The notes: a model not told the origin generated them from the letters alone. Positions 37,641 to 46,686 are shown, numbered from the stretch's first letter. The stretch is DNA of 53,480 bases from an uncultured candidatus Brocadiaceae bacterium (GCA_964448935.1 CAYVBE010000005.1:1-53480); one strand, 5' to 3'. A program made the numbers and translations.

Positions 37641-38987
37641 TCAGCCGTCCATGGCGCCGATGGCGTCCTCCGCCGCGTTGACCAACTGGTAGGCGATGGG
37701 CGAGGCGGTCAGCGCGGGGTGGGTGCCCGTCTGGAACGTAGCGATCTGGTCGGCCGTCATGCGCTGCTGGATGCAGGCGCTGATGGTGTTGATGAGTTCG
37801 CCACCGCTGCCGGCCCCCATGAGCTGGCCCCCGACGATCACCCGCGTCTGTCGCTCGAACAGGAGCTTGAGATTCAGCTCAACCCCGCCGGGCATCTTGC
37901 CGGGATGGCGATTGACCGATGCCGATCGGCCGCTGACGGCGCAGTAACCCGCGCGCTTCGCGGCCTGCTCGGTGAGACCGGCGGTGGCGAAGGCGGTGTC
38001 GCCGATCACGGTGGAGTAGACGCCGATGGCGCCGGGGTAGGCGCGCGTGATGCCGAACAGGTTGGCGCCCGCCACCCGGGCCTCGGTGGTGGCGATGGAT
38101 GCCAGCCACAGCCGGCTGGGCTCGCCGGTGAAGAAGGAGACCTTCTCGGCGCAGTCGCCGCAGGCGAAGATATCCGGGTCGGAAGTGCGCATGGCGCGGT
38201 CCACGTCCACCCCGCCGGTCGGCCCGATCTCCAGGTCGGCTTCCTGCGCCAGCGCGGAGTTGGGCCTGACGCCGACGCTCTGGATCACGACGGCGGCGGG
38301 CAAAGTGCGGCCGCTCTCCAGCAGCACGCCCTCCACCTTTCCGTTCCCGCTGAAGGCTTTCACCCGCTCGGAGGTCACCAGGTCAATGTCGCGGGAGCGC
38401 AGGATATCCTCCGCCTGTGAGCAGAACTCGTCGTCGAAAGCCGCCGCGAGGCAGGAGGGCAGAAGCTCCACTATAGTGACCTGGGTGTTGCCGTCCTTGT
38501 TGCACTCGTCGGCGAATTCGACCCCGATGAAGCCGCCGCCGATGATGACAAGGTGATCGGCGTCGGCGATCTTGCGACGCATCTCCTCCAGGTGGGGCAC
38601 ACTCTTTTTCACCGCGAAAATATTGCCCAGGTCCGCCCCGGCAAGCGGAAGCTCAACCGGGTTCGAGCCGGTGGCCAGGATCAGTTTGTCGTATCCGACA
38701 GTCCGGCCGGATTCGGTCAGGAGGGTTTTCGCCTCGCGGTCCACCGCCCGGACGCCGTCCACCAGCAGTTCCAGATCGTTCTTATCCAGAACGGCGTCGG
38801 GTATCAGGTTCTCCTGCGGCCCGTCCACGGTGCCGAAGGTGTAAGGTATGCCACACGGGATGAGCACGTTCTCCTCGCAGCGGATGACGAGGATGGACTT
38901 GCCGTGATAGTGCCTGCGAGCGGTCAGCGCCGCTGTAAGGCCCGCCGCACTCCCTCCGATGACGACGACATCGAACTTGTCTTGCAC
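37641..38987 (-). CDS. CoA-disulfide reductase / NADH oxidase-like flavoprotein
   Basis: GGSAAG, PCGIPY single redox Cys, YDKLILATGS, IGGGFIGVE, DIFACGDC, dimerisation domain. GTG 38987 with GGAGG. Confidence 0.9.
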   Translation of the reverse strand: MQDKFDVVVIGGSAAGLTAALTARRHYHGKSILVIRCEENVLIPCGIPYTFGTVDGPQENLIPDAVLDKNDLELLVDGVRAVDREAKTLLTESGRTVGYDKLILATGSNPVELPLAGADLGNIFAVKKSVPHLEEMRRKIADADHLVIIGGGFIGVEFADECNKDGNTQVTIVELLPSCLAAAFDDEFCSQAEDILRSRDIDLVTSERVKAFSGNGKVEGVLLESGRTLPAAVVIQSVGVRPNSALAQEADLEIGPTGGVDVDRAMRTSDPDIFACGDCAEKVSFFTGEPSRLWLASIATTEARVAGANLFGITRAYPGAIGVYSTVIGDTAFATAGLTEQAAKRAGYCAVSGRSASVNRHPGKMPGGVELNLKLLFERQTRVIVGGQLMGAGSGGELINTISACIQQRMTADQIATFQTGTHPALTASPIAYQLVNAAEDAIGAMDG

Positions 38988-39027
38988 AGTCAACCCTCCC
39001 TTATCTTGCAACCTGCGACCAAAGGAC

Positions 39028-40614
39028 TCAGAAGTACATTTTGTCCGCCACCAGGTACGGGAACTCGGGCTCCAGTTCGTTCGGCTTGGTGTGCTCTATC
39101 ATGCGAGCGACGCGCTCCGACTCCGTGCGGATGGAGCGGCTGATCAACATCTCTCGGGCACCGGCCAGCGCTCCGTTGCCCATGCGGACCACCTTTTCCG
39201 GCGCAGGCGGCAGCAGGCCGATGGCCACCGCATTGGCGGGGTCAATGTAGTTGCCGAAACCGCCGGCCAGGAAAATGTGCTCGATCTCCTCCAGCTCCAC
39301 CCCGTAGTATTTCATCAGCAGGTCCTGATCCAGCCGCAGGCCGGCTTTCGCGGTAATCAGTTCATAGACGTCCTGCTGGGTGATGCAGATGCCGTCCACC
39401 AGGCAGTAGTCCTCCCCGATCTTGGCCTCCCTGCTCATGCGGCCGGTGCGCAGCAGCTCGGCCAGCAGGTCAATGAGGCCCGACCCGCAGATTCCGACCG
39501 GTTTCCGGTCGCCGAGGGTTTCATACTCTACCCGGCCGTCGGCCAATCGGATGTCCGTGATAGCACCCTCCACGGCCCCCACACCGGAACTGACCGTGGC
39601 GCCCTCATAGGCCCCGCCGGCGGCGCAGGAGGCGCTCATCATGCGGTCCCGGTTGCCGATGACCACCTCGCCGTTCGTGCCGATGTCAATGACCATCGAG
39701 ACATCGTCGCCCTTCCACATCCGGCTGGCGACCACGTCCGCCACGGCGTCGGCGCCACCATGGCCGCCTATGAGCGCTCCGCCGTAAACGCGGGCGGCGG
39801 GGTTCACCGCAAGGCCCAGCTCCTCCGCCGGCGCCTCCACCGGACCCGTATCCAGAGGCTCGAAAGGAACTATGCCGAGAGAGGTGACATCCCGGCCGAA
39901 GAAGATGTCGCGCATGGTGCTGTTGCCGACCACCACTACGTCGTAAATGCTGCTGCTCAGGCCGGGATGGTCGGCCTCGAGGGCTTCGAGTTCTTCGTTC
40001 ACGCCGTTCACGACGGTCCGCTGCAGCGCCCGCAGGCCCCCCTCGTGGTGCATCGTGTGTCCGATGCGGGAGATGATGTCGTTCCCGTAGGCGATCTGCG
40101 GGTTGGTGCGGGCCGCCGTGGCCACCACGTGCCCGTCTTCGAGGTCCAGAACCTGGAAGGCCAGCGTTGTGGTTCCCACGTCGAGGGCCAGCCCGTAGAT
40201 GTGATCCCCGGCGGGACCGAGCGTTGCTCCGGAAGCGTGCACAACTTGCCCGTCCCGGCGCGTCACGGAGGGCTCCACGGAGATCTCGGCACCGTCCATG
40301 GTCTCCGTCACAATGGTGTACCTTCCGGGCTCTTCGACGAAGACCATGAGGTGGCCGACCGGCTCCACCACCCGCGCCTGGCAGGCCAGCCGCTCGTCCG
40401 GCCCCAGGTCCTGGAGGCGTTCGGCGTTCGTCTTCTCATTCAAGCACTCGGCGCCGCGCTCGATCCGCACCAGGCAGCTTCCGCACTTCCCCAATCCGCC
40501 GCACTCGCCGGGGATCTCGATGCCCAGCTCGTGCGCATGGTCCAGTATGGTGCCCTCGAAAAGCTCGATGCCATTCCTGCCCTTCCGGTACTGCGGAAAA
40601 CTAATCTTGGCCAC
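39028..40614 (-). CDS. RACo/RamA-type ATP-dependent reductive activator of corrinoid proteins (2Fe-2S plus ASKHA, DUF4445)
   Basis: CGG.G.CG.C...RLACQ, ALDVGTTT, NPQ..YG.D.ISRI, VGNSTM, IDIGTNGE, SCAAG.A.EG, GICGSG.ID, LAGGFG, GNGAL.GA. Confidence 0.93.
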   Translation of the reverse strand: MAKISFPQYRKGRNGIELFEGTILDHAHELGIEIPGECGGLGKCGSCLVRIERGAECLNEKTNAERLQDLGPDERLACQARVVEPVGHLMVFVEEPGRYTIVTETMDGAEISVEPSVTRRDGQVVHASGATLGPAGDHIYGLALDVGTTTLAFQVLDLEDGHVVATAARTNPQIAYGNDIISRIGHTMHHEGGLRALQRTVVNGVNEELEALEADHPGLSSSIYDVVVVGNSTMRDIFFGRDVTSLGIVPFEPLDTGPVEAPAEELGLAVNPAARVYGGALIGGHGGADAVADVVASRMWKGDDVSMVIDIGTNGEVVIGNRDRMMSASCAAGGAYEGATVSSGVGAVEGAITDIRLADGRVEYETLGDRKPVGICGSGLIDLLAELLRTGRMSREAKIGEDYCLVDGICITQQDVYELITAKAGLRLDQDLLMKYYGVELEEIEHIFLAGGFGNYIDPANAVAIGLLPPAPEKVVRMGNGALAGAREMLISRSIRTESERVARMIEHTKPNELEPEFPYLVADKMYF

Positions 40615-40647
40615 TGTTAAGGCTCCTCTCTGATGCCTGACGGTTCG

Positions 40648-40980
40648 TCAGCCGAAATACGCGTCACGCCACCACAGGAAATATCCCCAGCTCGTGTGCT
40701 CGGTCTCGTCGTCCGGCTCCAGCCCTTCATTTCCTTCCGCCAGCATGTTGCAGGGCTCGCCGTGCGCGAGCAGGCGGTAGGCGCAGGTCGCCAGGACGAA
40801 CTTCCGCCGCGCGTCCTCGTCGTCCGGGCTCCGGTCCGGGTGGTACTTCTTGCACAGGCGCCGCCAGGCAGCCTTGATGTCGGCCGCGTCTGAGTCAGGC
40901 GACACGCCGAGGACCTCTCTGGCCCGCCGCCGCGCCTCAACGCCCTTCCGGATGCTCTTCTGAAAATCGTCCTCGTACAT
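40648..40980 (-). CDS. Small J-domain (DnaJ-like) protein
   Basis: VLGV......IK.A.R.L....HPD......A...F.....AY..L; aromatic C-terminus YFLWWRDAYFG. Confidence 0.88.
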   Translation of the reverse strand: MYEDDFQKSIRKGVEARRRAREVLGVSPDSDAADIKAAWRRLCKKYHPDRSPDDEDARRKFVLATCAYRLLAHGEPCNMLAEGNEGLEPDDETEHTSWGYFLWWRDAYFG

Positions 40981-41007
40981 CGCCGTATGTCACTGACAGA
41001 AAGTGTC

Positions 41008-42372
41008 TTACATGTTACGGCCGCAGCAGTGCTTGTACTTCCTGCCGCTGCCGCACGGGCAGGGATTGTTCCGACCGACGCCGGCAAAACTGCCGCCGCG
41101 CCCTCCCGCGGGCACGGCGACCCGGCGGCGGTTGCGCCGCATGATGTCCGCCGGCGGCCGGCCCTGCCGCAGCAGCCTGGCCATCGTCTTCATGTCGGAA
41201 TCTATGTGGTTGAAAAACTCCCGGTAGCCCTCGCACAGGTAATTCAGGCCCGCCTCGCCGTCTTCCGTCAACGCGAAGCGGTTCTTCGGGCAGCCGCCGT
41301 GGCAGACGAAGAGCACCTCGCAATCCCGGCACTGCGCCGGCAGGCCCTCCCACTTGAACTCACCCAGGTTGCGCACCGCCGGGCGGTTGACCATCTCCTC
41401 GACCGGGTCCTCCACGATGTTCCCGAGCCGATGGTCCGGGTAAACGAAGTGGTCGCAGGAGTAGAGGTCGCCGTTGTGCTCGATGATCATCGCGTTGCCG
41501 CAGGTCCGGGCAAAGTTGCACAGCGGCGGGTCCTGCCCCATCCAGGCGGCCAGCGAGACGTCGAAAATCTGCACGAAGACCTCGCCGACGTCGTTCTTTA
41601 CCCATTCGTCGAAAATGGAGATCAGAAACTGCCCGTACTGCCGCGCGCTGACCGACCAGGGCATCACCTCGCACTCTTCGGTGCGCTCCCAGGGACGGGG
41701 CTCGGCCAGTTGGAGGCCGAGGTCACTGGAGTGCTCGTCCGGCGCCCTCTCCACGATGGGGATGAACTGCATGAACTGCGTGCCGCTGTCCCGCAGGAAG
41801 CGATATATCTCCAGCGGGTGCTCCGCGGCCAGGCCGGTGACGGAGGTGAGCGTGTTGTAGCGGACGCCGGCGCGCTGGAGCCGTTTAATGGCGGCAAAGA
41901 CGCGATCGAAAGTCGGCTCCCCGCCCCGGTCCACGCGGTATCGGTCGTGTATCTCGGCCGGCCCGTCTATGCTCAGCCCGATCAGGAATCCCTCGCGCGC
42001 CAGAAACTCGCACCATTCCTCGTCCAGCAGGATGCCGTTGGTCTGCAGCGAATTGGTGACCTGCTTGCCGCGCGCGTATTTCTTCTGGAACTTCACGGCG
42101 CGGCGGAAGAAATCCAGCCCCATCAGGGTGGGCTCGCCGCCCTGCCAGGCGAAGTTAACCTCCGGGGCGGACTGCGCCTCGATGTACTTGCGCACGTAGG
42201 CTTCCAGCACCTCATCGCTCATCCGGTGCCGCTCGCCCGCGCCGAAGAGCGCCTCCTTCTCGGTGTAGAAGCAGTAGCGACAACGCAGGTTGCAGTCGGG
42301 CCCGGCCGGCTTGCACATAATATGGAAAGCCCGTGCTTCGGCTTGGTCGGTTGTATGTGTATTATCACTCAT
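41008..42372 (-). CDS. Anaerobic sulfatase maturase (radical SAM/SPASM) with C-terminal SEC-C motif
   Basis: KP.G..CNLRCRYCFY, WQGGEPTL.G, QTNG, G.SIDGP, E.NGD.YSCDHFV, C..C.....C.GGCPK.R, GRNNPCPCGSGRKYKHCCG. Confidence 0.95.
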   Translation of the reverse strand: MSDNTHTTDQAEARAFHIMCKPAGPDCNLRCRYCFYTEKEALFGAGERHRMSDEVLEAYVRKYIEAQSAPEVNFAWQGGEPTLMGLDFFRRAVKFQKKYARGKQVTNSLQTNGILLDEEWCEFLAREGFLIGLSIDGPAEIHDRYRVDRGGEPTFDRVFAAIKRLQRAGVRYNTLTSVTGLAAEHPLEIYRFLRDSGTQFMQFIPIVERAPDEHSSDLGLQLAEPRPWERTEECEVMPWSVSARQYGQFLISIFDEWVKNDVGEVFVQIFDVSLAAWMGQDPPLCNFARTCGNAMIIEHNGDLYSCDHFVYPDHRLGNIVEDPVEEMVNRPAVRNLGEFKWEGLPAQCRDCEVLFVCHGGCPKNRFALTEDGEAGLNYLCEGYREFFNHIDSDMKTMARLLRQGRPPADIMRRNRRRVAVPAGGRGGSFAGVGRNNPCPCGSGRKYKHCCGRNM

Positions 42373-42469
42373 CCGTTATTCCGCTGGAAATCCTAAAGAT
42401 TGCCTGCCCAGGTGTTCCGTCTTCCTGATAACATGATATCGCGATTCGCCGAGTATCCCAATTGCATAC

Positions 42470-43204
42470 TCAGATGCGGCGAGCAAGAGCGGCCCTGATT
42501 GCATCCATTTCTGCTCCGGCTCCCGGGCCGGCGTCTCTACGCACCGCCAGGATATGCGTGCAATCGTCGTAGGTGGCTCCCCGACCCAGATCGTCCACCC
42601 AAACGGGGATCACCTCGAACTCGAAGCTCTCCAGGTATTGAACGACATCCGAGAGCGACTGCCCGCGGGCTTCGAGCCTTCCGCGGTGTATTTCGCAAAA
42701 AATCTTCGCAACCCTGCTCTCCAGAGCCTCACGCGCGCCCTGCAGGGCCAGAAGTTCGCTTCCCTCACAATCCATACTCAGGATATCCGGGCGCCGGAGT
42801 TCTTCGTTCGCGACCATCCAATCAAGGGCCGCGCACTGCACGGAGATGCGGCCGCAGCCGTCGTGGAACACGATGCCGCTGCCTCCCCCGTCCTTACAGA
42901 ACTCAATCTCTCCGGCTTCCTTGCCCAGAGCCATCTGGTAGGTGGTCACGTTGCTGACCTCGTTGCGCACGAGGTTTCCCTGCAGCGCCTGGAAGTACTC
43001 CGGCACCGGTTCGAACGCATAGACCCATCCGCTGGGTCCCACACGCTTCGCCAGAGCCACGGTGGTCAGTCCCTTGTTCCCGCCTATGTCGGCGGCGACC
43101 ATGCCCGGTTGCGTGATCGTCTCGAGCACCACGATTTCGCCGAACGGGTGCGACTGTCCCCGCAGGTCTCTCTTGAACTCCTGGTCGTACAGGAAAGTTT
43201 GCAT
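42470..43204 (-). CDS. FkbM-family SAM methyltransferase
   Basis: DIGGN.G, VYAFEP.P, L..N...N, MDCEGSE...LQGA, EIH. ATG 43204. Confidence 0.88.
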   Translation of the reverse strand: MQTFLYDQEFKRDLRGQSHPFGEIVVLETITQPGMVAADIGGNKGLTTVALAKRVGPSGWVYAFEPVPEYFQALQGNLVRNEVSNVTTYQMALGKEAGEIEFCKDGGGSGIVFHDGCGRISVQCAALDWMVANEELRRPDILSMDCEGSELLALQGAREALESRVAKIFCEIHRGRLEARGQSLSDVVQYLESFEFEVIPVWVDDLGRGATYDDCTHILAVRRDAGPGAGAEMDAIRAALARRI

Positions 43205-43217
43205 CTCTGGCACCCGA

Positions 43218-43772
43218 CTATTCGATGTCGTCCTGGTAGCGTTTTTCGCCGGCCCGAACGGGCACGTCCAGCCAGTTCTCGGGCGGGACGAAGGGGCACG
43301 CGTACTCTTTGCTGTAAGCACACCAGGGATTGTAGGCTTCGTTGAAGTCCACCACCCACTTACCCTCGGCCGTCCGATGCAGACCGGGCTCCAGGTCCAT
43401 GTAGCGCCCGGCCGGGTAGGTCTCGTCGCCGCTTGTTTCGTCCCGGAAAGGCACGAACAGGCGCCCTTCGTCCGGATCGGCTTTGTACGCCTGAAGGGCA
43501 CAGTCGCGACCGTCAATACGAAATCGCAGTTCGCCCCATCGCCACAGCCTGCGCGTCTGCCCGGCGGTATCCCCTATCTCGATCGTATCCTTCTCACGGC
43601 TCTCGTGCAGATCGAGAACAAAGCGGTAGCCGGGGTCGGGAGGGAAATAGGACAGACCCGGAAAATCCCGTTGCTCCGGGTCCGGAATGGGAGACTGCGG
43701 ATGGGTTCCGAAGAACAGGTCCTTTTCTTTCCTCTGCCGTTCGAGCTGTTTTTCCCACTCGCTGGTGTCCAC
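43218..43772 (-). CDS. DUF1684 family protein
   Basis: R..KD..F....SP, L.YF..D, LFVPFRDETSG.ETY.AGRY, DFN.AYNP.CAY...CP..PPEN.L...V.AGEK. Confidence 0.93.
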   Translation of the reverse strand: MDTSEWEKQLERQRKEKDLFFGTHPQSPIPDPEQRDFPGLSYFPPDPGYRFVLDLHESREKDTIEIGDTAGQTRRLWRWGELRFRIDGRDCALQAYKADPDEGRLFVPFRDETSGDETYPAGRYMDLEPGLHRTAEGKWVVDFNEAYNPWCAYSKEYACPFVPPENWLDVPVRAGEKRYQDDIE

Positions 43773-43811
43773 GCCCGCACCTCACCGGTCAGGGAGAGTT
43801 GATTGAAGTTT

Positions 43812-44498
43812 TCAGAGTTCCAACGGAGCGACCTCGATAGACCGGGGCCGTGTCATCTTGCTCCAGTCCTTCGGCGGTTGTATCTCGCGCAGTTTGTCCA
43901 GTTCGCCCAGGGCCTCCAGGCGCCTGTAGATGCGCAGCCAGGCGCAGTCCTGGTCCCGGTTGGCTTCGCATTTACCCTCTCGGGACGCCCCGCCGCAGGG
44001 GCCGTTGATCATGCCTTTGGCGCACTGCGTGAGGGGACATATCCCCGCCAGCCTGCCCAGCTCGCACTCGCCGCACTGCTGGCATTTTTCCTCGAACCGC
44101 GCCGGACCGCCGCCCATGTGGCCGATCGGATTGGTGGCGGGATAGAGCGGCTTGACCAGCCCGAAGTCTTCCTCGATGATGTGCTCCCAGACTGTCTGCA
44201 ATCCGTCGCCGCAGCACAGCATCAGTAAGGCGTCGCAGTCCTCCACCTGGTCCCTGTAACGGCCCAGCCGTTCCCTGCTCCAGGGCAGGTAGCAGGTGAA
44301 TTCACCGAAAGGAGGCGCCACTGCCGCCAGGACCTCCTTGCCGTTCTCGGTAAGGGTCTGTTCCATCGCCGCGACCTCGGGCTCGCCACCGGTGTGGAAG
44401 ACGGTCGCGCAACCGCCGCAGCCGTAGATAACCACCTTTTCTTTGCCTTCCAGATACCCCAAAATTTCCTCCAGGGGCTTGGCTTCCTGGGCGATCAT
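43812..44498 (-). CDS. MetV-like (methylene-THF reductase C-terminal domain) Fe-S protein
   Basis: GCG.CAT...TGG..EV, CCG.G.Q, C..CG.C.L....GICP...CAK...NGPCGG....CE......CAW..IY.RL. ATG 44498. Confidence 0.9.
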   Translation of the reverse strand: MIAQEAKPLEEILGYLEGKEKVVIYGCGGCATVFHTGGEPEVAAMEQTLTENGKEVLAAVAPPFGEFTCYLPWSRERLGRYRDQVEDCDALLMLCCGDGLQTVWEHIIEEDFGLVKPLYPATNPIGHMGGGPARFEEKCQQCGECELGRLAGICPLTQCAKGMINGPCGGASREGKCEANRDQDCAWLRIYRRLEALGELDKLREIQPPKDWSKMTRPRSIEVAPLEL

Positions 44499-44821
44499 GA
44501 TGCCTCCTTGCGCCGTTGCCCGGTACGCTCTCGCTGGCTTTTGGAACCGCACAGGACCTTTCCGCCCACGAAGACCTCCTGCGATTCGATCACCAGTTGG
44601 GCCACCACGTTCGCGCACAGGGAATGGCCGTCGCGGCCGATCTCGCGAATGCGGTCCGCCTTCACTTCCGACAATGCACGCCCGATCAGATAGTCGGCGA
44701 TCTTGTCGGCCGTTTCCTCACATTCTGGAGCATCCACTATCTCGAAGTTGTCAAAACGCAAGACCCCCGTTTTGTCACTCAGGGAGCAACGCACTTTTTC
44801 CCGGCATTCCGCTTCCGTCAT
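44495..44821 (-). CDS. Small Cys-containing hypothetical protein (remote TSCPD-domain resemblance)
   Basis: AGGAAAG SD; ATGA overlap with metV-like; C...C...C spacing. Confidence 0.7.
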   Translation of the reverse strand: MTEAECREKVRCSLSDKTGVLRFDNFEIVDAPECEETADKIADYLIGRALSEVKADRIREIGRDGHSLCANVVAQLVIESQEVFVGGKVLCGSKSQRERTGQRRKEAS

Positions 44822-44862
44822 GGTATCTTTCCTTTCGGGGCCGCCGAAGCCCGACCCAAAAC

Positions 44863-45147
44863 CTATCCGGGTATTCGGTCGGCATCCACATATTTGACCA
44901 GCAGGTCCTCAGAGGAGATCAGCAGATAGTCCTCGCCGTCGGCCCGGACTTCGGTGCCGGAAAACCCTTTGTAGATCACACGATCGCCCACGGCCACCTC
45001 TTCGGTGGCGTCTTCCGCGACGGCGATCACCCGACCTTCGTTCTGCTCCTCCTGTGCGGTGTCCGGCAGATGAATGCCGCCCGGCGTCGTCGCGGCGGCT
45101 TCCAACGGTTTGAGCACTACGTGACCGTTAATTGGTCTTATCTTCAT
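44863..45147 (-). CDS. groES: Co-chaperonin GroES (no adjacent groEL)
   Basis: MKIRP....V..., T.GGI.LPD.A.E....G.V.AV, V.VGD.V.Y..FSGTEV..DGEDYL.....D.L. Confidence 0.92.
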   Translation of the reverse strand: MKIRPINGHVVLKPLEAAATTPGGIHLPDTAQEEQNEGRVIAVAEDATEEVAVGDRVIYKGFSGTEVRADGEDYLLISSEDLLVKYVDADRIPG

Positions 45148-45746
45148 CCTTCTTCCCTCCCGGACTCTATCCCGAGCAAACCGTCCAGTTGCGCCTGATT
45201 GAATCCCACGACGAGCCTCCCGTTGATGTCCGTCTGTGGCACGGCCATCTTCCCGCTGCGCCGTGCGATCTTCTCTGCGGCGCGGGGGTCCCGCGAGATG
45301 TCCACATCCCGGAACGATACGCCGTGCTGACGCAGGTAAGCCTTCAGCCGTCCGCAGGCGGGGCAGCCCGGACCGCTGTAGACGACGACCCTGCGGGGGG
45401 TTCCCCGGCCGCCCTGTGCGGCGTGGACCGGTGCCGCCCCGGACAGGTGAACGGCGTAGAACCTGGCGCTCTGCACGCCCTCGACGAAGGCGCTCACCTG
45501 CCCGTCCTCCAGGGCCAGGACGGTGGGCACGGTTTCCACGTCGAATTCCTTGTGCAGGCCCGAGACCTCCTCTACATCCACCACATACACCGGCACATCC
45601 TCGTGCTCGCGGCTGAACTCCTCCAGCTCCGAGAGCGCCCGTTGCGCAGCGTCCGAAAACTCCGCCCAGAACGCCAGCACGAGGAAATCGGCATGCTCAC
45701 GCCGTGCCTCTCGCAGATGCTCGCGATCTTTCACCCACTCAAGCAT
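45144..45746 (-). CDS. Cys-less thioredoxin-like domain fused to a glutaredoxin (CPAC) domain
   Basis: FWAEFSDAA in place of WCxxC, cis-Pro VPT; then VVVYS...CPAC...K.YL, SG..AVPQ.DING..VVGF. Confidence 0.88.
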   Translation of the reverse strand: MLEWVKDREHLREARREHADFLVLAFWAEFSDAAQRALSELEEFSREHEDVPVYVVDVEEVSGLHKEFDVETVPTVLALEDGQVSAFVEGVQSARFYAVHLSGAAPVHAAQGGRGTPRRVVVYSGPGCPACGRLKAYLRQHGVSFRDVDISRDPRAAEKIARRSGKMAVPQTDINGRLVVGFNQAQLDGLLGIESGREEG

Positions 45747-46029
45747 TGCACTGCTCCTCAGCCGGTGACGGCGCCTGTGCCATCAGGTGGATGGCGCCCA
45801 GCGGGCAGACCTCGACGCAGATGCCACAGCCAGTGCAACGGTCAACCACAATTGTCGCCCTATAGGTGACCCGTATGGCGCCCGTCGGGCACAGTTCCCC
45901 GCACAGGCCGCAGCCCGTGCATCTCTCGCGCTTCACCATAGCATGCCGCGGCACGCTACGCCGGTTCTGAACCACCCCGGCGTCCGGGAACGCCGATGCC
46001 GTCTCGTTCATTTCTTCACTCTCGGGCAT
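45739..46029 (-). CDS. 2x[4Fe-4S] ferredoxin-like protein
   Basis: CTGCGLCGELCP and CTGCGICVEVCP; start uncertain. Confidence 0.85.
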   Translation of the reverse strand: MPESEEMNETASAFPDAGVVQNRRSVPRHAMVKRERCTGCGLCGELCPTGAIRVTYRATIVVDRCTGCGICVEVCPLGAIHLMAQAPSPAEEQCNA

Positions 46030-46564
46030 CTGAGGCCCCCGCGGTGCGGTCACGACCGGTGACCCCGGCCTCGATGCCTGCCGCTTCCAGGTATTGCTGG
46101 ACGCACTCTTCGCACGTGCTCTCGGCGGTGCCCTCACGGATGAACCGCCGGAACTCGTCCAGCCAGCTCTCCCCCTCTCCCTCGCGTTTGGCCACGAAGG
46201 CCAGAAAGCAGACGAACCGGTCCAGCGCGTCCCGGTCAATGGCGTGCTCCATGCCGCACGCAATCGAGCCGGCGCGGTCTTCGCACAGGCCCAGAATGTT
46301 CTCCAGAAAATCCTCGATCACCCGGTGACGCAGGGCGATTCGCTCGGCGCGCCGGCGGCCCTCGGCCGATAGCGTTACGGGCTCGTACGGCTCATAATCC
46401 ACCAGACCCTTCTCGGAAAGGCTTTTCATGGCAGTAGTTACAGCAGACTTTGCCACGTCCAGTTGTTCGGAGATATCGCGCATACGCGCGAAGCCCCTTT
46501 CCCGTTCAAGGCAAAAAACCGTCTCGAGATAATCCTCGAGCGTCGCTGTCAGTTCCAGAACCAT
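46016..46564 (-). CDS. DtxR/MntR-family metal-dependent transcriptional regulator
   Basis: LT...EDYLE, R..DI...L.V.K..V...K.L...GLV.YE.Y..V.L...G...A.....RH.....F...LG......AC.MEH; C-terminal CxxC. Confidence 0.93.
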   Translation of the reverse strand: MVLELTATLEDYLETVFCLERERGFARMRDISEQLDVAKSAVTTAMKSLSEKGLVDYEPYEPVTLSAEGRRRAERIALRHRVIEDFLENILGLCEDRAGSIACGMEHAIDRDALDRFVCFLAFVAKREGEGESWLDEFRRFIREGTAESTCEECVQQYLEAAGIEAGVTGRDRTAGASDARE

Positions 46565-46582
46565 CGGGCTCTCCCCGGGTAT

Positions 46583-46643
46583 TTGATGTTCCTCACTTAA
46601 CAGATTATACTACACGTAGAACATGATTCAAGCGATAGAACAT
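46583..46643. promoter_or_regulatory. Overlapping divergent promoters with a candidate tandem operator
   Basis: Plus strand: TTGATG(46583)-N17-TATACT(46606). Minus strand: TTGAAT(46631)-N16-TATAAT(46609). TAGAACAT at 46617 and 46636, inverted half ATGTTC at 46586. Confidence 0.7.
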
Positions 46644-46686
46644 TTTCCCCGCTCCACCCCTTGCGCCTGGCCCCGGGAGGACCGAG

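Noticed and set aside
41008-42469. Radical SAM/SPASM as a RiPP maturase with a hidden precursor
   Set aside because: Motifs fit an anaerobic sulfatase maturase, a Cys-sulfatase is nearby, there is no RRE domain and no plausible precursor ORF in the flanks.
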